DNA of 64,000 nucleotides from Thermodesulfobacteriota bacterium (GTDB lineage Bacteria; Desulfobacterota_D; UBA1144; Nemesobacterales; UBA2774): NCBI GenBank assembly GCA_963422265.1, contig OY729416.1, positions 192,001 to 256,000 of the forward strand, read 5' to 3'. Shown piece by piece: positions 23,000 to 33,566 of this stretch (position 1 is its first letter; each line of letters starts with the position of its first letter). The notes under the pieces were generated by a model. It saw only the letters and a program-made list of their open reading frames with translations, ran no database searches and was not told where the DNA came from. The position numbers and the translations under genes were made by a program.

Positions 23000-23221
23000 T
23001 TAACTCATCCCTCCGTAACTGAACTTAATCGTATTTAGATGAACACTATATACGAATCTAGGGGAATATCAATTGTTCTCATTACCAGAGCCGTTATTTA
23101 ACATAGCCAATTAAGCGTGTAAACTTAGCACTATAAAGTATTCTAAAACAGTTTTAGCTAAGTTAGTTTCTCTTCGTTGCTTTCCAGTAATGATGAACGG
23201 ACGCTTCGCGGTGGTTTTTAT

Positions 23222-25132
23222 ATGAGAGTTCCTAAGCCCAATGATCTATTAAGATTGCTAAGAAATTCAGGCAATCGACCTATGAGATTCAAAGAGATTT
23301 CGGCGCGTCTAGGCATTTCTGAAGAAGCTAAGCATGTAATCAAAAAGATTCTCAAAGAAATGGTAAGCAACGGCAAACTCAGGAAGGTGCAGGGGGGTAA
23401 ATATGTGACTTCCGAGTATAAAAACAAGAAGAAAAGTGATGTCGCGTTTCCCTCAAAACCGATAGTGGGATTGATGAAAGGGGATAGGATTCTTGGCAAG
23501 TACATCAAAACGGGCAAGACGGGAAAGCTTGTGCCGAAAGACGAGAAGTTGCCGAGTTTAGAGCTTCTGCCGGATGAGATTAAGAATTTAAGGAACAATA
23601 GCATAATTGTGGCTGAGTTGGGCAAAAAGCTTTCAAAGACGCGCCAATTGCAGGGGAGCGTCGTGGACATTCTAGGAAAAGTGGGAGATATGGAAGCGGA
23701 AAAGAGGGCTTTACTGGTTGAATATGACCTCCCTTCCGCATTCTCCCCAAAGTCAATGAGAGAATTGGAGGAAGTGTTAGGAGAAATTTCCCAAAGCGAG
23801 ATAGAGAGAAGGGTTGATCTGAGAAAAGAAACAATATTCACTATTGATAATGAAAATGCGAAGGATTTTGATGACGCGGTAGGTATCAAGAAGACTAAAA
23901 ACGGCTATAAACTCTATGTGTCTATCGCTGACGTTTCTTATTACGTCATTCTAGGGAGTAAGTTGGACAACGAGGCGTTTAATAGGGCTACTAGCGTTTA
24001 CCTTGCGGATAGCGTGGTGCCAATGCTTCCCGAGAGGCTTTCAAATGATTTATGCAGTTTAGTTCCTTATAAAGATAGACTCACAAAGACGGTTGAGATT
24101 AACTTTAATTTCAAAGGGGAGATGCTACGCTCCAAAATATACGATAGCGTGATTAGAAGCTCTGCAAGGACTACTTATAAATACGTTGCGGATACTCTTG
24201 AAAAGAGGGGTAGGGTATCAGATGCGGAAAAGCAGATAATCACAAAGCTAAAACTTATGCGGGAGCTTTTCAAAAAAGTAAGGTCGCGAAGGGTTGAGGC
24301 TGGAGAGTTGTTTTTTGACATACCAGAGCCTGAGCTTGTAAGGAATGAGCGGGGAAAGATCGTTGACGTCGTAAAGGCGGAGAGGAATCTGGCTCATGAG
24401 ATGATTGAGGAATTTATGATAGCCGCTAATACCGCCGTTGCGAATTTCGTATTTAGCTCAAACGCCTCCTCCCTTTACAGAATACACGAGCCGCCCGATA
24501 GGGAAGTGTTGGTTGAGTTGTCCGAAGCTTTAAGGAAGTTGGGTTATACAATGTCTGTAAACGGCTCTGCGAGCGCCTTTGAAATCCAGGAAGTTGTTGA
24601 AAAAAGCAAGAACAAGTTAAACAAGGTCGCCGTTAATATGCTGATACTCCGCTCGCTCAATAAAGCCGTTTACTCGACTTTAAGGCATGGCCATTTTGGG
24701 CTAGGTCTCGAGCATTACACCCACTTCACCTCTCCTATAAGACGCTATCCAGATTTAATCGTGCATAGAATAGTAAATTCTTTATTAGAGAGAAAATCCC
24801 TTCCTTACAAAAAAGATTCGCTCGATTGGATAGCCGAGCATTCTTCTAAGAAAGAAAGGATTGCAACTACCATTGAAAGGGAATCTATCAACCTTGAAAC
24901 GGCTTATCTAATGAAATCTCACGTCAATAAGGAATTTGAAGGAACCGTAATAAGCGTCTTGCCATTCGGTATATTCGTAGAGATTGAAGATATATACGTT
25001 GAAGGCTTGATTCCCAGAGAGAGCGTTAAGGATTGGAGAAAACGCTGGTTTAACGTAGGGCAGAGGGTAAGGGTAAAAGTCGTGAACTCGGATATAGAGA
25101 AGAGAAGAATCACGCTTAATTTAGCGAGATAG
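23222..25132 (+). CDS. rnr: Ribonuclease R / RNB-family exoribonuclease
   Basis: N-terminal HTH, TIDNENAKDFDDA catalytic motif, IEEFMIAAN, HFTSPIRRYPDL, C-terminal S1 domain. Confidence 0.92.
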   Translation: MRVPKPNDLLRLLRNSGNRPMRFKEISARLGISEEAKHVIKKILKEMVSNGKLRKVQGGKYVTSEYKNKKKSDVAFPSKPIVGLMKGDRILGKYIKTGKTGKLVPKDEKLPSLELLPDEIKNLRNNSIIVAELGKKLSKTRQLQGSVVDILGKVGDMEAEKRALLVEYDLPSAFSPKSMRELEEVLGEISQSEIERRVDLRKETIFTIDNENAKDFDDAVGIKKTKNGYKLYVSIADVSYYVILGSKLDNEAFNRATSVYLADSVVPMLPERLSNDLCSLVPYKDRLTKTVEINFNFKGEMLRSKIYDSVIRSSARTTYKYVADTLEKRGRVSDAEKQIITKLKLMRELFKKVRSRRVEAGELFFDIPEPELVRNERGKIVDVVKAERNLAHEMIEEFMIAANTAVANFVFSSNASSLYRIHEPPDREVLVELSEALRKLGYTMSVNGSASAFEIQEVVEKSKNKLNKVAVNMLILRSLNKAVYSTLRHGHFGLGLEHYTHFTSPIRRYPDLIVHRIVNSLLERKSLPYKKDSLDWIAEHSSKKERIATTIERESINLETAYLMKSHVNKEFEGTVISVLPFGIFVEIEDIYVEGLIPRESVKDWRKRWFNVGQRVRVKVVNSDIEKRRITLNLAR

Positions 25133-25278
25133 GTATAATTAGGAGAGGTGGTTTGGCACAGAGTTAAGGTATCTCGTTGTGTTAACGTGGCGAAATTTAA
25201 GTAGTCAGCTTGAAATTTAACAGGTATTTATCCGTCTCTTAAAAGGCTTTTTAGGCGAGGTTAAAGCATGCTAAATAT

Positions 25279-25315
25279 AAATCCCCCTTTAGAAAAGGGG
25301 GATACAGGGGGATTT
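25279..25315. repeat. Palindromic repeat AAATCCCCCTTTAGAAAAGGGGGATACAGGGGGATTT
   Basis: Strong hairpin resembling the element at 20606. It may also act as a terminator. Confidence 0.65.
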
Positions 25316-25622
25316 GATCTTTATCTTTTTAATCATAGCCTACTATCATGTAATCCCAGAAATCACAGTTCAGACTTTCCCCTCTTCCCAAACCATCTTT
25401 CAACCCGTAAATACTAACGGGTTTAAACTGTATTGTAATTTTTATTTAGATTCAAAAACTAAACCAAAGGATTTAGATGAATGGCGGTGTTCTTTGGACG
25501 AAGTTTGAACTTTCTTTGAACAAAACCCCCAATAAGGAAGCCCGCCCCATCCCCCTTCCTTTTTGCCCGCCTACTTGGGCTTCGCCCCCAAAACTTTTCG
25601 GTGGGACGGTGGGACTATGAAA

Positions 25623-27932
25623 CTAAAAATTCTTCTCCAAAATTTCAAAATGCTTCGGGTCTGATTTTTTTACAATATTCAATAAAATCTTGATCGCGTC
25701 TTTGCTTTCGCCTTTATCTTTATGCTCGATTGTGCTTGTTGGATTGGAATTGTGAGAAAAGTCATTGACCAACTTGTATGCTTTGCCCGCGTCAACATTG
25801 CTAATTTTCTCATCTGGATCATTGATATTTTTGATAAATACTCCCATTTTAGACTTTTGATCACCCGTTGTCGGTATCTTGAAATCTGCAAAAATATCAA
25901 AAAATCTTCTCGCCATATTTCCAACCGTATAAAAATCTTCATATTGAGTGTCTTGTTTTTCTGAAAATTCCTTGAGCTTGGCAAATAAAAAGTGATATTC
26001 GGATTTATAATTTTGCAGAGTTTTATCAAGCTTAACAATTTTTGCTTTTCTCACATCTGATTCAGTAAAATTTTCTACCATGAAAAACTCGCAAGGAATT
26101 GGTTTTTTCGTTGAATTGTTTTTATTGATAAACCATTCTTTAACCAAGTTGAAAAGCTGAAAATTGTGCGTAGAGATAAAAAGTTGCCCCACTTCTTTGA
26201 AATGTGTGTTTATCATTGAAAAACAGTGATAAATGAAGTTTGAGTCAAAGCTGGAGATTGGATCGTCAATAAAAATAATTCCTTTTGATTTATCAAAATC
26301 GCCTTCGCCAACTTTTACGACAAAATACGAAAAAGCAATTGCGGTTTTTTCTCCTTCGCTCAAATTTTTTGCTGGTTTCCCATCTCTTTTTATTGTGTAA
26401 CCCTTGTTATCTCTATCCAATGCAAGTTCAATCTCTTTTCTGCCGAAAAATTCTTTCAGATGTTTGTTGATAGATGCAATCGCCTTACCAATGTCTGAAA
26501 CTTGTTTTTCAAGTTTTTCAATATCTGAATTATTTTTATTGACCGCGTTTTGAGCTTCTGTTTCGTTTCTCAATGCTTTTTCTAAATCAGTTCCCATTTT
26601 TTTATAGTCCTGACCCGCTAAAGCAGTCGCGATTGAATTCAATTCAAGTTTTTCGCGGGCAATTGAAACCTCGTTTTCGTGATTACTTGCTTTCTCATTA
26701 TGCTCTTCAATAATTTTGTTCAGTTCCAAAATTTCGCCATTGTACGATGATAAAAAATCTTCTGGCTGTGCGGGGCTTGAAATATTGGCAAGTGGGTTGT
26801 CGTATTTTTCCTGAAGTGATTCTGTCGCTTTGTCAATCCAAGTATTTATTTTTTTGATAACTTCGTTAAGATCCTTTGCCTTGCTGATGTATCTCTCTTT
26901 TAGATCGGGGTAAAGTTTATTATTTTCCGTTGGGATCTCTAGTCGTTTTATTTCTAAAATTTCACTTTTTAGACTTGTGATTTCGCTTTGTAGGGCTTCA
27001 TAGTCTTTGCTGAAATGTTTTGAAAGTGTAGCTAAAAAGTCATTTTCGAGTGGTTTTTGGCAAAATAAACATTTTTCTTTTTCTTCTTTTGTTTTGTGTA
27101 AATCAAAACCTTGTTTCACCCAACTATTCAAAACTTGATCGTCTTTTAATCTATCTAGCGTTTCCGAAACAACTTTTTTGCCAAGCAAAGCTACAATTTT
27201 TTCAAAAGTCTTTTGAAAATTATCGACGGTTTCGTCATCAAAAGAAAAAGAAAAGTTATATTCTGAAAATGCGGTTTGCGTTTCGCCCGCTTCGCTTTTA
27301 CTTATTACCTCATATTTTTTCTTATCTTTGTCATATAGGCTTTTGTCGGAAAAATTATCAACACCGATAGAATTGATTTTATTTTCTGCTTTTGTCTTGT
27401 TATACGACTTGTCAAAAAGAATATTCGCGATTTCTCGCCCGAGACTAGTTAGAAAAGTATTTTTTGTTTCTTCTTTTGCCGATTTGTCTTTTTTCTTCTG
27501 TTCGTATGATTTGCAAAGAGTAATTTTACCTAGTTTCAACTGTTCAAGCCGTTTTTTACTCTCAATATCTTCTTCGCTCACATAAATAATCGGATTGCAT
27601 GAATCAGAAGGATCAAAGGAAATGTTGTCATCTATAAAATCTTGATTGAAAATTTTTATCGGCAAAACATTTGTGGCGACATCAGTATTTTTTACAGTAG
27701 TTCCGTCATTGGTTTTTATTTCAAACTCTCCATTTTCGGGGTATTGCTTGAATTTATCTTTGTCGTAAGTGCATTTTTTCTCACAGCTCGCAAGAACGCG
27801 AGAAATTGTAGTTTTTCCACTTCTATTCCAGCCATATATCAGATTGAATTTTTTGAAATCAGAAAGCTCTTTTTTCCAAGTAAAATCATGAAATATGCCG
27901 AAGTTTTTGAGTTTTGATATTTTGCTGATCAT
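25623..27932 (-). CDS. RloC-like ABC/Rad50-type ATPase (AAA_13) with zinc hook and C-terminal HEPN-like region; putative anticodon nuclease
   Basis: Walker A GWNRSGKT, coiled coil with CLFC, signature LSEGEK, Walker B IDDPISSFD, STHN, C-terminal NMARRFF...VNDFSH. Confidence 0.82.
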   Translation of the reverse strand: MISKISKLKNFGIFHDFTWKKELSDFKKFNLIYGWNRSGKTTISRVLASCEKKCTYDKDKFKQYPENGEFEIKTNDGTTVKNTDVATNVLPIKIFNQDFIDDNISFDPSDSCNPIIYVSEEDIESKKRLEQLKLGKITLCKSYEQKKKDKSAKEETKNTFLTSLGREIANILFDKSYNKTKAENKINSIGVDNFSDKSLYDKDKKKYEVISKSEAGETQTAFSEYNFSFSFDDETVDNFQKTFEKIVALLGKKVVSETLDRLKDDQVLNSWVKQGFDLHKTKEEKEKCLFCQKPLENDFLATLSKHFSKDYEALQSEITSLKSEILEIKRLEIPTENNKLYPDLKERYISKAKDLNEVIKKINTWIDKATESLQEKYDNPLANISSPAQPEDFLSSYNGEILELNKIIEEHNEKASNHENEVSIAREKLELNSIATALAGQDYKKMGTDLEKALRNETEAQNAVNKNNSDIEKLEKQVSDIGKAIASINKHLKEFFGRKEIELALDRDNKGYTIKRDGKPAKNLSEGEKTAIAFSYFVVKVGEGDFDKSKGIIFIDDPISSFDSNFIYHCFSMINTHFKEVGQLFISTHNFQLFNLVKEWFINKNNSTKKPIPCEFFMVENFTESDVRKAKIVKLDKTLQNYKSEYHFLFAKLKEFSEKQDTQYEDFYTVGNMARRFFDIFADFKIPTTGDQKSKMGVFIKNINDPDEKISNVDAGKAYKLVNDFSHNSNPTSTIEHKDKGESKDAIKILLNIVKKSDPKHFEILEKNF

Positions 27933-27934
27933 AT

Positions 27935-30379
27935 TTATATCTCGCTTAAAACATCGGAAATTTTTTGTTCCATTATTTCAATCAATTGTTTGTTTGCGTT
28001 GATTATTTGTTGTTCTTTTTCCGCTTCGGCAACAAGTTTTTTCTGAATTTCCAAGGTCGGAAGCGGAATTTTTAGTTTTTGCATTTTACTTTTTGACACT
28101 TCCCCAAAAGTTCCACCTGTTGCCAATGCTTTCATCTCATCAATTTTTGAAGTCATGCACATAGCGACAAAATAAGGCAATGCTTTTGACGTATCATTAA
28201 CAATGATGTTTTTAAATCCTTGATTTGTTGCTGTTTGTTCTTTTGCAATAGCAACTCGTCCGATTGTTGCACGAGAAGAAACTAAAATTGATTCTTTTGG
28301 CAATAATTTTGCTGAAGATTTTGAAAGTCCTAATTCCGTTATTTTACGCTTTGTTTCTTTAAGTTCTGTAATATAATCGTCTTGAGGTAAATCAACAAGT
28401 GTTGCCCAATTTATTTCACCATTCCAATAATCTTTATTGTTTGTATCTGGTGTGCCTCCCGATTCAATTTTAAAAATATTTTCATTCCCCAATTCCACCC
28501 ACTCAACACCTTCTAATTTTCTAAGTGCCTGACCAAAATATCGTCTCTCTCTCCCTAGATTTTGGATAATGGCTTTGGCGTGATCTATGGCGTTTTGCTT
28601 GACTTCAATCTGTTCAACGATTTCTTTTTGGACTTCAATCGGCGGAAGTGGGATTTTGATTTTTGAATATTCTGAAATCCAGTATCGCTTATGTGTATCG
28701 TGATTAAACTTTATGTCCTGCATGGCATAAAATAAAAATTCTGTATCGGCTTTCTCTCTTTTTGTATGCAAGATCTTCATCGCAGATGATTTAACCTTAA
28801 AAGGAAAGTCAACAAACTTTGTTGCGGTTGTAAAATCATCAAAAATAATGACTGGTAGATTTTTTGCTGGGAATATGCCTTCGGTTTCGTCTGTATACCC
28901 CAAAATAAATGTTTGGCCAGCAGTCAAAACAGGAGTTTTGTATTCGTCGCTATAATTAACGGACTCCACAATATATTTTGTTGGTTGTTCGTATTCTAAA
29001 ACTTCACCTAACTCTACCATTTCCCATTTTTGATTAGCAAAATTTGTTATCTCTTTATATCTATCCCCCGAAAGATTGTAATCACCTGTCGCAATTATTT
29101 TTTCTTTGGCAACAATATGAGCGATTTGCTTTTCGTCTTCACTAAATTTTTTATCATCAAACGATGATTTATATTTCTTGATAACTTCCAATGCCAAAGG
29201 CAAATCGTTTTTGCCATTTTCCCGCCTTTGCGCGCCTAAATCAAAACCGTCATTTTGAATTTTCACAAATAAAAAGTTTTTTGTTTTCTTTGAAATCTCA
29301 TTATCAAAAAGTAAAACACTGGTTTTTACTCCTGCATAAGGATTAAAAACGCCCGCAGGAAGCGAAACAACTGCAAAAAGTCCGTCTTCGACTAATTGTT
29401 TACGCAATTGTTTATAAGCATTGCTTGATTGAAAAATTATTCCTTCGGGAACAATAATTCCAGCCCGCCCTTTAATTGTTAAATGCTCAACAATATAATC
29501 TACAAAAAGCACTTCGGCTCGATTGGCTTGGATACTAAATCGCTTGTGTGGACGAATCCCGCCTGTCGGAGTCATAAATGGCGGATTGGCGAGAACAACA
29601 TCAAAAGTTTCTTCCCAACGCTTTTCGCTTGTCAGTGAATCATACTCGTGGATTTTTGGCTCTTGGAATCCGTGCAGATACATATTCACAAGTGCCAATT
29701 TCACCATATCTGGCGAAATATCGTAGCCCGCAAGATTATTCATCAATTTCAATTTTTCGTCTGGTGTGAGCGGTTTTTCTTTATTGGTTTTCAAAATATG
29801 TTTATAGGCGGAAATCAAAAATCCAGCCGTTCCGCAAGAGGGATCAAGGATTGTTTCATTTTTCTTTGGATCAACCACCTCAACAATAAAATCAATAATG
29901 TGGCGAGGTGTGCGGAATTGCCCGGCGTCGCCTTGGCTCCCGAGAATGGAAAGCAAATATTCAAAAGCATTTCCTAAGTTTTCGCTGTGTTCGTAATTAA
30001 ATTCGTTTATCTCTTTGAGGAAGAGTGAAAGCGTGTGAGGGTCGTTGTATGGCAAAAACGCACCTTTGAAAATATCACGGAACAATTGCGGAATATGCGG
30101 ATTTTTTGACATATTCGTAATTGCCTGAATATACAGATCAAGGCGTTCTTTTCCTGAAAGTTTGTTGTCCAAAATTTTCGTCCATGAAAACTTTTTCCAA
30201 TCATCAATGAAAAATTGAGTTTTTAATCCAACCTCTTCGTTTTCCTTATCCATGTCATCCATAAACTTATAGATAAGAGCAGTTGTGATTTGCTCAACCT
30301 GTGCTTTTGGATCAGGAACTTTACCAACAAGGATTTGCCGAGCGGAGTCAATTTTTCGTTTTGTAGTTTGATCAAGCAT
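27935..30379 (-). CDS. Type I R-M methyltransferase fused to specificity subunit (HsdM-HsdS)
   Basis: GQFRTPRH, DPSCGTAGF and NPPF, followed by two TRD/conserved-region repeats (IPLPPIEVQKEIV, IPLPTLEIQKKLV). Confidence 0.9.
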   Translation of the reverse strand: MLDQTTKRKIDSARQILVGKVPDPKAQVEQITTALIYKFMDDMDKENEEVGLKTQFFIDDWKKFSWTKILDNKLSGKERLDLYIQAITNMSKNPHIPQLFRDIFKGAFLPYNDPHTLSLFLKEINEFNYEHSENLGNAFEYLLSILGSQGDAGQFRTPRHIIDFIVEVVDPKKNETILDPSCGTAGFLISAYKHILKTNKEKPLTPDEKLKLMNNLAGYDISPDMVKLALVNMYLHGFQEPKIHEYDSLTSEKRWEETFDVVLANPPFMTPTGGIRPHKRFSIQANRAEVLFVDYIVEHLTIKGRAGIIVPEGIIFQSSNAYKQLRKQLVEDGLFAVVSLPAGVFNPYAGVKTSVLLFDNEISKKTKNFLFVKIQNDGFDLGAQRRENGKNDLPLALEVIKKYKSSFDDKKFSEDEKQIAHIVAKEKIIATGDYNLSGDRYKEITNFANQKWEMVELGEVLEYEQPTKYIVESVNYSDEYKTPVLTAGQTFILGYTDETEGIFPAKNLPVIIFDDFTTATKFVDFPFKVKSSAMKILHTKREKADTEFLFYAMQDIKFNHDTHKRYWISEYSKIKIPLPPIEVQKEIVEQIEVKQNAIDHAKAIIQNLGRERRYFGQALRKLEGVEWVELGNENIFKIESGGTPDTNNKDYWNGEINWATLVDLPQDDYITELKETKRKITELGLSKSSAKLLPKESILVSSRATIGRVAIAKEQTATNQGFKNIIVNDTSKALPYFVAMCMTSKIDEMKALATGGTFGEVSKSKMQKLKIPLPTLEIQKKLVAEAEKEQQIINANKQLIEIMEQKISDVLSEI

Positions 30380-30390
30380 AATATTTTTGG

Positions 30391-32901
30391 TTACCTCATA
30401 TAAACATTAACCGGCACATAATCTTTAACATAAGTAGGTACAGTTTCCCGCCAGCCGTTCAATTGCTTAAACTCTGCCATTGTAAATCCAGCAAATTCTC
30501 TCGGAAATCGTTGATTATTTATTTCATTTCTGAAATATTCGCTCGTAACATACGCTTTCAGATAATTTTTGATATGCGGAACATATTTGCTTTCGGGCTT
30601 GTAGATTGAGATAAACTTTTCGCATTCTTCTTCCAATTTTTCGTCTTTGGATTTGAAAACATCAATCAAGCCAAAAGCTCGTTCCAAAAATTCACGCCAA
30701 GAAATACGGCGATCAAGATTTTCGCTCTTGCGGATTTTTTCAAGATTGAGGAATAATTGCGGTTTGTCTTCGTATTTGTCGCGCATAATTTGCACGGCTT
30801 TGTCCCATTGCTCGTTTTCAACGGCTGATTTTACTTCCGTATCTTTTTGCAATTCTTCGCGGGCTTTTTCAAAAAGTTTACGATCAACTTTCATTCCCTC
30901 GATTCCGACAGGTGTTTCAGTAAGCGTTTTTACTTTGTCGGGATTAAATATTTCTATTTCATCAATATCAACGCCGACAGACCCTTCTCCACCTGTTCCT
31001 TTTTGTTTGATTGGCAATTGCAAAACCTCGTCATAATCAAATTTTTCTTCAAAGTATTCGCAGTTTGCGAAGAAATCGAAAAATTTGAAATGCTCTTTGG
31101 TTGCTTTGTGTTTCTCGCCGTCTTCGTCGGTATATTCAAAAGTGAATTTTCTTGTTCCTCGTCCTTTAATCTGAATAAAATCAGTCGGCGAAAAGACGGG
31201 ACGCATAAGCGCAAGATTCAAAATATCTTGGCAGTCATAACCAGTCGTCATCATTCCGACAGTTACGCAAACCCTCGTTTTACTGGATTTGTAATTTTCC
31301 AAAAACTTGGTGTGTCCGTTCAGGTTGTTGTTGGCAAAGTTTATCGTCATTTGCTGGGAGTTCTGAATGTTTGAGGTGATTTGCACGGCAAAATCTGAAT
31401 TGTATTTGTCGGGACAAAGCTTGCTCACCATTTTATTAAGCGTTTGGGTAATTTTTGAAGCGTGCTTTTGGCTAACGCAAAATATAATGCTTTTGCCAAT
31501 TTCACCACTTATTGGGTCTTTGACGGCGTTTTCAATAAATGTCTGGCAAAAGACACGATTTGTTTTTTCGGAAAAGAATTTCTTTTCAAAATCCTTTTGG
31601 AAAAATGTTCCTTCGCTTTCTCTGCCTTCTTCATCTTCAACCATAACCGCATAACCTTTTTCGGATAGCAATTTGGTGGTGATGTCGGTTCGCGCGTCTG
31701 AAACAATAAGATTTATCAAAAACCCTTCTCGCACACCGTCAAGCAAGCTAAAACGGAAAGTCGGCTCGACGTTTTTACAACCAAAAGTCGTGTAAGTGTC
31801 CAAGAGTTGTCGTCTTTCCCAAGCTCGCGGGTCTTTCTGTGAAAGTTTTTGCGGATCAACATTTTTCAAATAATCTTTCGGCGTTGCGGTTAAGCCCAAT
31901 TTATAGCCGATAAAGTATTCAAAAACCGCGCGCGAGTTTCCACCGATTGCTCGGTGGCTCTCGTCAGCAATAACTAAATCAAAATCAGTCGGCGAGAAAA
32001 GTTTTTTGTATTTATCTTGTGCCGAAAGACTTTGGACTGTTGAAATGACAATTTCCGCCTTTTTCCAGTCGTCGCGATTTTGCTTGTAGATAACGGAAGA
32101 AAAATCATTCCTCAAATAGCGGTCAAAGTTTTTATGTGCTTGATTTTCTAATTCCAAGCGATCAACCAAAAATAAAATTCCTTTTGCGTTTCCCGTTCTT
32201 AAGAATAGCTTGATAATTGCGGCGGAAATAAGCGTTTTTCCCGTTCCTGTCGCCATTTCAAAAAGAAAACGATCATTTCCTGCTTCGGCGGATTTTTGCA
32301 AAGCGTGAATTGCTTTGAGCTGATAAGGGCGCAAAATTCGTAAATTTTCGTCCCAAAGATATTGTTCGCGTGTATCTTCTTTGAGATAGCGGGGGTCATC
32401 TTTGAAATTTGGATTTTGCGTGAGGGCAATATAATCATCTTTGACTTCTTCGTCCGCTAAACGCTGGTTATCGGGTTTGAAATCCTGTCTGTGCTTCAAA
32501 GATTCTTGCGTTGGAAATTCCGTAATAATTTCGGGATCGCCTCGTTCCAAATCCCAAAAATAATGAAGGTTGCCGTTTGAAAGAATTGCAAAACGAGCAT
32601 TTTCGGTGTGGGCATATTTCCTCGCTTGTTCTTTTCCGTCTAACGGATTTTTATCTTCCTTTTTGGCTTCCAAAATAACAAGCGGGAAACCTTTTTCATC
32701 AAGCAATAAAAAATCAATAAAGCCGTTTTTTGTAGATTCAAAATTTTCGCCAAAAGCGTCAATATCTTTTTGGGTAAGTTTTACATTTGGTTCAAGTTGA
32801 ATGTTTGCCTGTCCTTTTTCATTATCAAAAAAATGCCAGCCCGCTTGTTCAAGCAGTTTGTTTATTTTTATTCGTGCTTTTGCTTCTTTAGAATTTGCCA
32901 T
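30391..32901 (-). CDS. hsdR: Type I restriction enzyme R subunit (DEAD/DEAH helicase)
   Basis: Nuclease motif IDFLL...ILEAKK, Walker A MATGTGKT, DESH, LTATP, MMTTGYD, QIKGRGTR. Confidence 0.88.
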   Translation of the reverse strand: MANSKEAKARIKINKLLEQAGWHFFDNEKGQANIQLEPNVKLTQKDIDAFGENFESTKNGFIDFLLLDEKGFPLVILEAKKEDKNPLDGKEQARKYAHTENARFAILSNGNLHYFWDLERGDPEIITEFPTQESLKHRQDFKPDNQRLADEEVKDDYIALTQNPNFKDDPRYLKEDTREQYLWDENLRILRPYQLKAIHALQKSAEAGNDRFLFEMATGTGKTLISAAIIKLFLRTGNAKGILFLVDRLELENQAHKNFDRYLRNDFSSVIYKQNRDDWKKAEIVISTVQSLSAQDKYKKLFSPTDFDLVIADESHRAIGGNSRAVFEYFIGYKLGLTATPKDYLKNVDPQKLSQKDPRAWERRQLLDTYTTFGCKNVEPTFRFSLLDGVREGFLINLIVSDARTDITTKLLSEKGYAVMVEDEEGRESEGTFFQKDFEKKFFSEKTNRVFCQTFIENAVKDPISGEIGKSIIFCVSQKHASKITQTLNKMVSKLCPDKYNSDFAVQITSNIQNSQQMTINFANNNLNGHTKFLENYKSSKTRVCVTVGMMTTGYDCQDILNLALMRPVFSPTDFIQIKGRGTRKFTFEYTDEDGEKHKATKEHFKFFDFFANCEYFEEKFDYDEVLQLPIKQKGTGGEGSVGVDIDEIEIFNPDKVKTLTETPVGIEGMKVDRKLFEKAREELQKDTEVKSAVENEQWDKAVQIMRDKYEDKPQLFLNLEKIRKSENLDRRISWREFLERAFGLIDVFKSKDEKLEEECEKFISIYKPESKYVPHIKNYLKAYVTSEYFRNEINNQRFPREFAGFTMAEFKQLNGWRETVPTYVKDYVPVNVYMR

Positions 32902-32904
32902 ATT

Positions 32905-33120
32905 TTATTTCATTAAATCATCAAGCGAAACGCCGAGAGCGTCCGCGATTTTTTTGACTGTATTAATTGTCGGGTTAGGGGTTGATCCCGCCTCAATTTT
33001 AGCAATCGTATGAAAAGCCAAATCTGCCTTTTTTGAAAGCACATCTTGAGAAATACCGAGCTTGTTTCTGTATTTCTTTATATTGTTCCCGATTGTGGAT
33101 TTTTCTTTTGACATATTCAT
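32905..33120 (-). CDS. XRE-family HTH regulator (controller-like) heading the R-M operon
   Basis: IGNNIKKYRNKLGISQDVLSKKADL...IEAG..PNPTINTVKKIADALGVSLDDL. Confidence 0.9.
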   Translation of the reverse strand: MNMSKEKSTIGNNIKKYRNKLGISQDVLSKKADLAFHTIAKIEAGSTPNPTINTVKKIADALGVSLDDLMK

Positions 33121-33129
33121 ATAGTTTTA

Positions 33130-33482
33130 CACTGGGCGGCAATTTATCACAAGCTGAATATACCGCTAAAAAACACAAGCTCATTCTCGCAAAAAAGGAT
33201 TTGGAAGAAAAAATCACCGCTTTTGGGCGAAAGAGCAATAATCGGTTCGAACTTGCTATAAACTTCATAAAAGAAGCCAACCAAGCCGAAAAATGCGCTC
33301 AACAAGAAAATCCCGAAAGGATTCGGGGTTTTCTCAAAAAGATTGGTTCGAACTTCCGCATTGCCGACCGCACGCTGGCGTGCGACTTCAAAAATGCCTT
33401 TAAAATAGCGGAGAAATACCATGCCGAGGCGCTTTGCGCCGAGGCAACCTCTTACGATTTCGCAAAAAGTGAAAATTGGCGG
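33130..33482 (+). pseudogene. C-terminal remnant of a large serine recombinase
   Basis: LSQAEYTAKKHKLILAKKDLEEKI...FLKKIGSNFRIADRTL...ENWR reads into the antisense tRNA. No catalytic N-terminus or start codon remains. The family is recognised from memory, not from a search. Confidence 0.65.
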
Positions 33483-33566
33483 AGGGAGTGGGATTCGAAC
33501 CCACGAGAGCCGTTTGACTCTACTGGTTTTCGAGACCAGCGCTTTCGTCCACTCAGCCATCCCTCC
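33477..33566 (-). tRNA. tRNA-Ser(CGA)
   Basis: GGAGGGA/TCCCTCC acceptor stem, anticodon arm CTGGT-CTCGAAA-ACCAG, long variable arm, GGTTCGAATCC, encoded CCA. Confidence 0.97.

Larger units (their letters stand above)
25482..33482. mobile_element. Defence island integrated at the 3' end of tRNA-Ser(CGA), immobilised
   Basis: TGGCGG direct repeats at 25482-25487 and 33477-33482 (the tRNA 3' end); visibly AT-richer than the flanks; a recombinase remnant at the right end with its C-terminal tail at the left end. Confidence 0.8.

Noticed and set aside
25506-25508. TGA in the recombinase tail as evidence of genetic code 25
   Set aside because: The four long island genes contain no in-frame TGA. 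A CGA-to-TGA mutation in a dead fragment is the simpler explanation.
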